A stretch of DNA of 64,000 nucleotides, from the NCBI RefSeq assembly GCF_006345805.1, contig NC_043006.1, positions 63,798,001 through 63,862,000 of the forward strand, in the 5' to 3' direction. This stretch comes from Octopus sinensis (taxonomy: Eukaryota). The number at the start of each line of letters is the position of its first letter. Within the stretch, counting starts at the first letter, position 1. Position numbers and translations under genes: made by a program. The notes beneath the pieces were generated by a model. It did not search any database, was not told where the DNA came from, and worked only from the letters and a program-made list of their open reading frames with translations. This document shows, piece by piece, positions 61,591-64,000 of the stretch.

Positions 61591-63995
61591 GTGAGTTACC
61601 GCTTCTGTCAACTTCCTGAAACTAACCTTTTCAACACAGTCGTATAAAAACTGGGAATAGACTTGCATAAAGGAAAGGTGGGAATATGAAAAAGAACTCT
61701 CTATCTTTAACACTATTCTTTTATTGGTTTCAGTCATTTGACTGCAGCCATACTGGAGCACCACCTTTAGTCGAACAAATCGACCCCAGGACTTATTCTT
61801 TGTAAGCCTAGTACTTATTCTGTCGGACTCTTTTGCCGAACTGCTAAGTTATGGGGACATGAACACACCAACATTGATTGTCAAACAACGGTGGGGAGAC
61901 AAACACAGACACATAAACATATATATATATATATACAACGGGCTTCTTTCAGTTTCCATCTACCTAATCCACTCACAAGGCTTTGGTCAGCCCGAAGCTA
62001 TAGTAGAAGACATCTGCCAAAGGTGCCATGCACTGGAACTGAACCCGGAACCATGTGGTTGGTAAGCAAGCTACTTACCACACAGCAACACCTAGAAATA
62101 TTTTACATACTGCCAGTTTAAACAATGTAGGGCAGTAAACTGGCAAAATTGTTAGCTTACTAAACAAAATGCTCAGTGTCATTTCGTCCATTTTTATGTC
62201 CAACCCATACCAGCATGGAAAATGGACGTTATATGGTGATGATGATGTAAAATTATTCAAACATTATGCATACACTGGTTTAGACATTGTAAGCACAGAG
62301 GCTTAAATGCTGTGAAGATGTTGGTTTAGACCCGATGAGCACCATTCATGCATGTGTTGTTGCCAGTGCTGCCTAACTGGCTCCCCATGCTGGTGGCACA
62401 TAAAAAGCACCATCTGAATGTGGTCGATGCCAGCCCCACCTTCCAACCCAACTGGTTCATATGCCGGTGGCACGTAAAAAGAACATGGCCAATGCCAGTG
62501 CCACCTTACTGGTTCCCGTGCCAGTGGCATGTAAAAAGCACCATCTGAACATGTCTGTTGCCAGTGCCACCTGACTGGCTCCCATGCCAGTGGTACATAA
62601 AAAGCACCCACTACACTCTCGGAGTGGTTGGCGTTAGGAAGGGCATCCAGCTGTAGAAACATTGCCAGATTTGATTGGAGCCTGGTGCAGCCTCCTGGCT
62701 TGCCAGTCCCCAGTCAAACTATCCAACCCATGCCAGTATGGAAAACGGACATTAAACAATGATGATGATAATGAATACGCTGATTTAAATACTATCGTGA
62801 CACTAGTTTAACTTCTACAGAAACCTGTATATCAATGCCATAAGTACCAACACCAACACTGTAGATTTGCAAATACTCATAGTACAATGACACTAATGCC
62901 AACACTGCAACCACACCAATACTACCACTGTAACAATGCTGATGCACCTAGCGATAGGAGTCACCACTTTACACATTGTCCATTTACTGTTTGATGATCT
63001 GTATTTGATCGTGATATTTGTTTAATTCATGGCCAAGTACACAATGTGAAAGGTGTATCATTATCATCGTTTATTGTCTGCTTTCCATGCTGGCATGGGT
63101 TGGACGATTTCACTGAGGTCTTGAGAGCCAGGAGGCCGCACCAGGCTCCAGTCTGATCTGGCAATGTTTCTACAGCTGGATGCCCTTCCTAAATGCCAAC
63201 CACTCCAAGTGTGTAGTGGGTGCTTTTTATGTGCCACCGGCACAGGAGCCAGTCAGGCAGCCCTGGCATCGATCACATTCGGATAAAATTTACAATGTAC
63301 AGTATTTGGTTTTATTTTACTTTGCATCAATGTTAATGTGAACATGTGTGGCCTAGTTGTTTGGGTGTTGCACTCACAATCACCAGATTGCCAGTTCGAT
63401 TCCTGGAGAGGGCTGCGTGTTGTGTTCTTGAGCAAAACGTTTCATTTCACATTGCTTTATTGCTGTGTGGGGACCAACATGTCAAAGAATGAACCTAGAG
63501 TTTTCTCTGCATGTTGTAAAGACTGACTAAAAGTGGTCGAGGCAGGATTTACACTTCATCTTTGTAAAACATTCACCAACAACCACCCAAACAGACCCAT
63601 GGATGTTTGAAGGGTTGTCACCCGGGTGGTGCAAAAAGTGCCATCCACCAGCAGTAGAAGGGAATTACCAACAAATGGTGGATGCAGTGACATGCTGCTA
63701 CAATGTAGACCTCCTTACTACTACTACTACTACTACTACTACTAATGTTATAACAGTACAACACAAAACAAAATAGTCATTACTGCTTGTATATCACACA
63801 CACACACACACACACACACATTTCAAATGAATACATAGATGCAATCATGTACTAACTGTTTAAATCTGTCATGTATCTCTCTCTCTCTCTCCCTCTTATG
63901 TATTTTACCCTCTTCTCCTCTCTCTCTCTTTCCCTCTTATCCCTCTTTGTATCACTCTATCTATCTATCTATCTATCTCTCCCTGTGCAACTCAG

Positions 63996-64000
63996 ATGAG
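63996..64000 (+). CDS. AVL9: Probable start of AVL9 exon 12 (truncated by window edge)
   Basis: Long CT tract, then CTCAG|ATGAG giving (D)E in the correct phase; only 5 nt visible. Confidence 0.55.

Overview
AT-rich, microsatellite- and SINE-dense animal genomic DNA. The repeat families look like octopus/coleoid cephalopod (inference from repeat content). Two housekeeping genes are arranged head to head. DDX23/PRP28 (minus strand) has its first three coding exons at 4315-769 and continues off the left edge. AVL9 (plus strand) has 11 complete coding exons from 25054 to 61590 (759 codons so far), a 12th starting at 63996, and one unusually large 1184-bp exon. The ~20-kb interval between the genes holds the most striking structure: seven intron-containing tRNA-Ile(UAU) copies (six full-length, one rearranged and fused to a SINE). 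They show compensatory stem changes, three intron alleles that keep a hairpin and the anticodon-intron pair, a shared non-canonical A12-C23 D-stem mismatch, and a conserved -19 to -38 upstream motif. The cluster was built by local direct and inverted duplications. The same interval has two large Foldback-like palindromic elements and lies in a CpG-rich domain that ends near 31 kb; beyond that point the same SINE families are CpG-decayed. The rest is nested SINEs, MITEs (hAT, Tc1/mariner, pogo-like, piggyBac-like) and decayed R4/Dong, RTE and mariner fragments. Everything was read by eye. Repeat boundaries are approximate unless TSD/TIR coordinates are given, and reference sequences are recalled, not searched.
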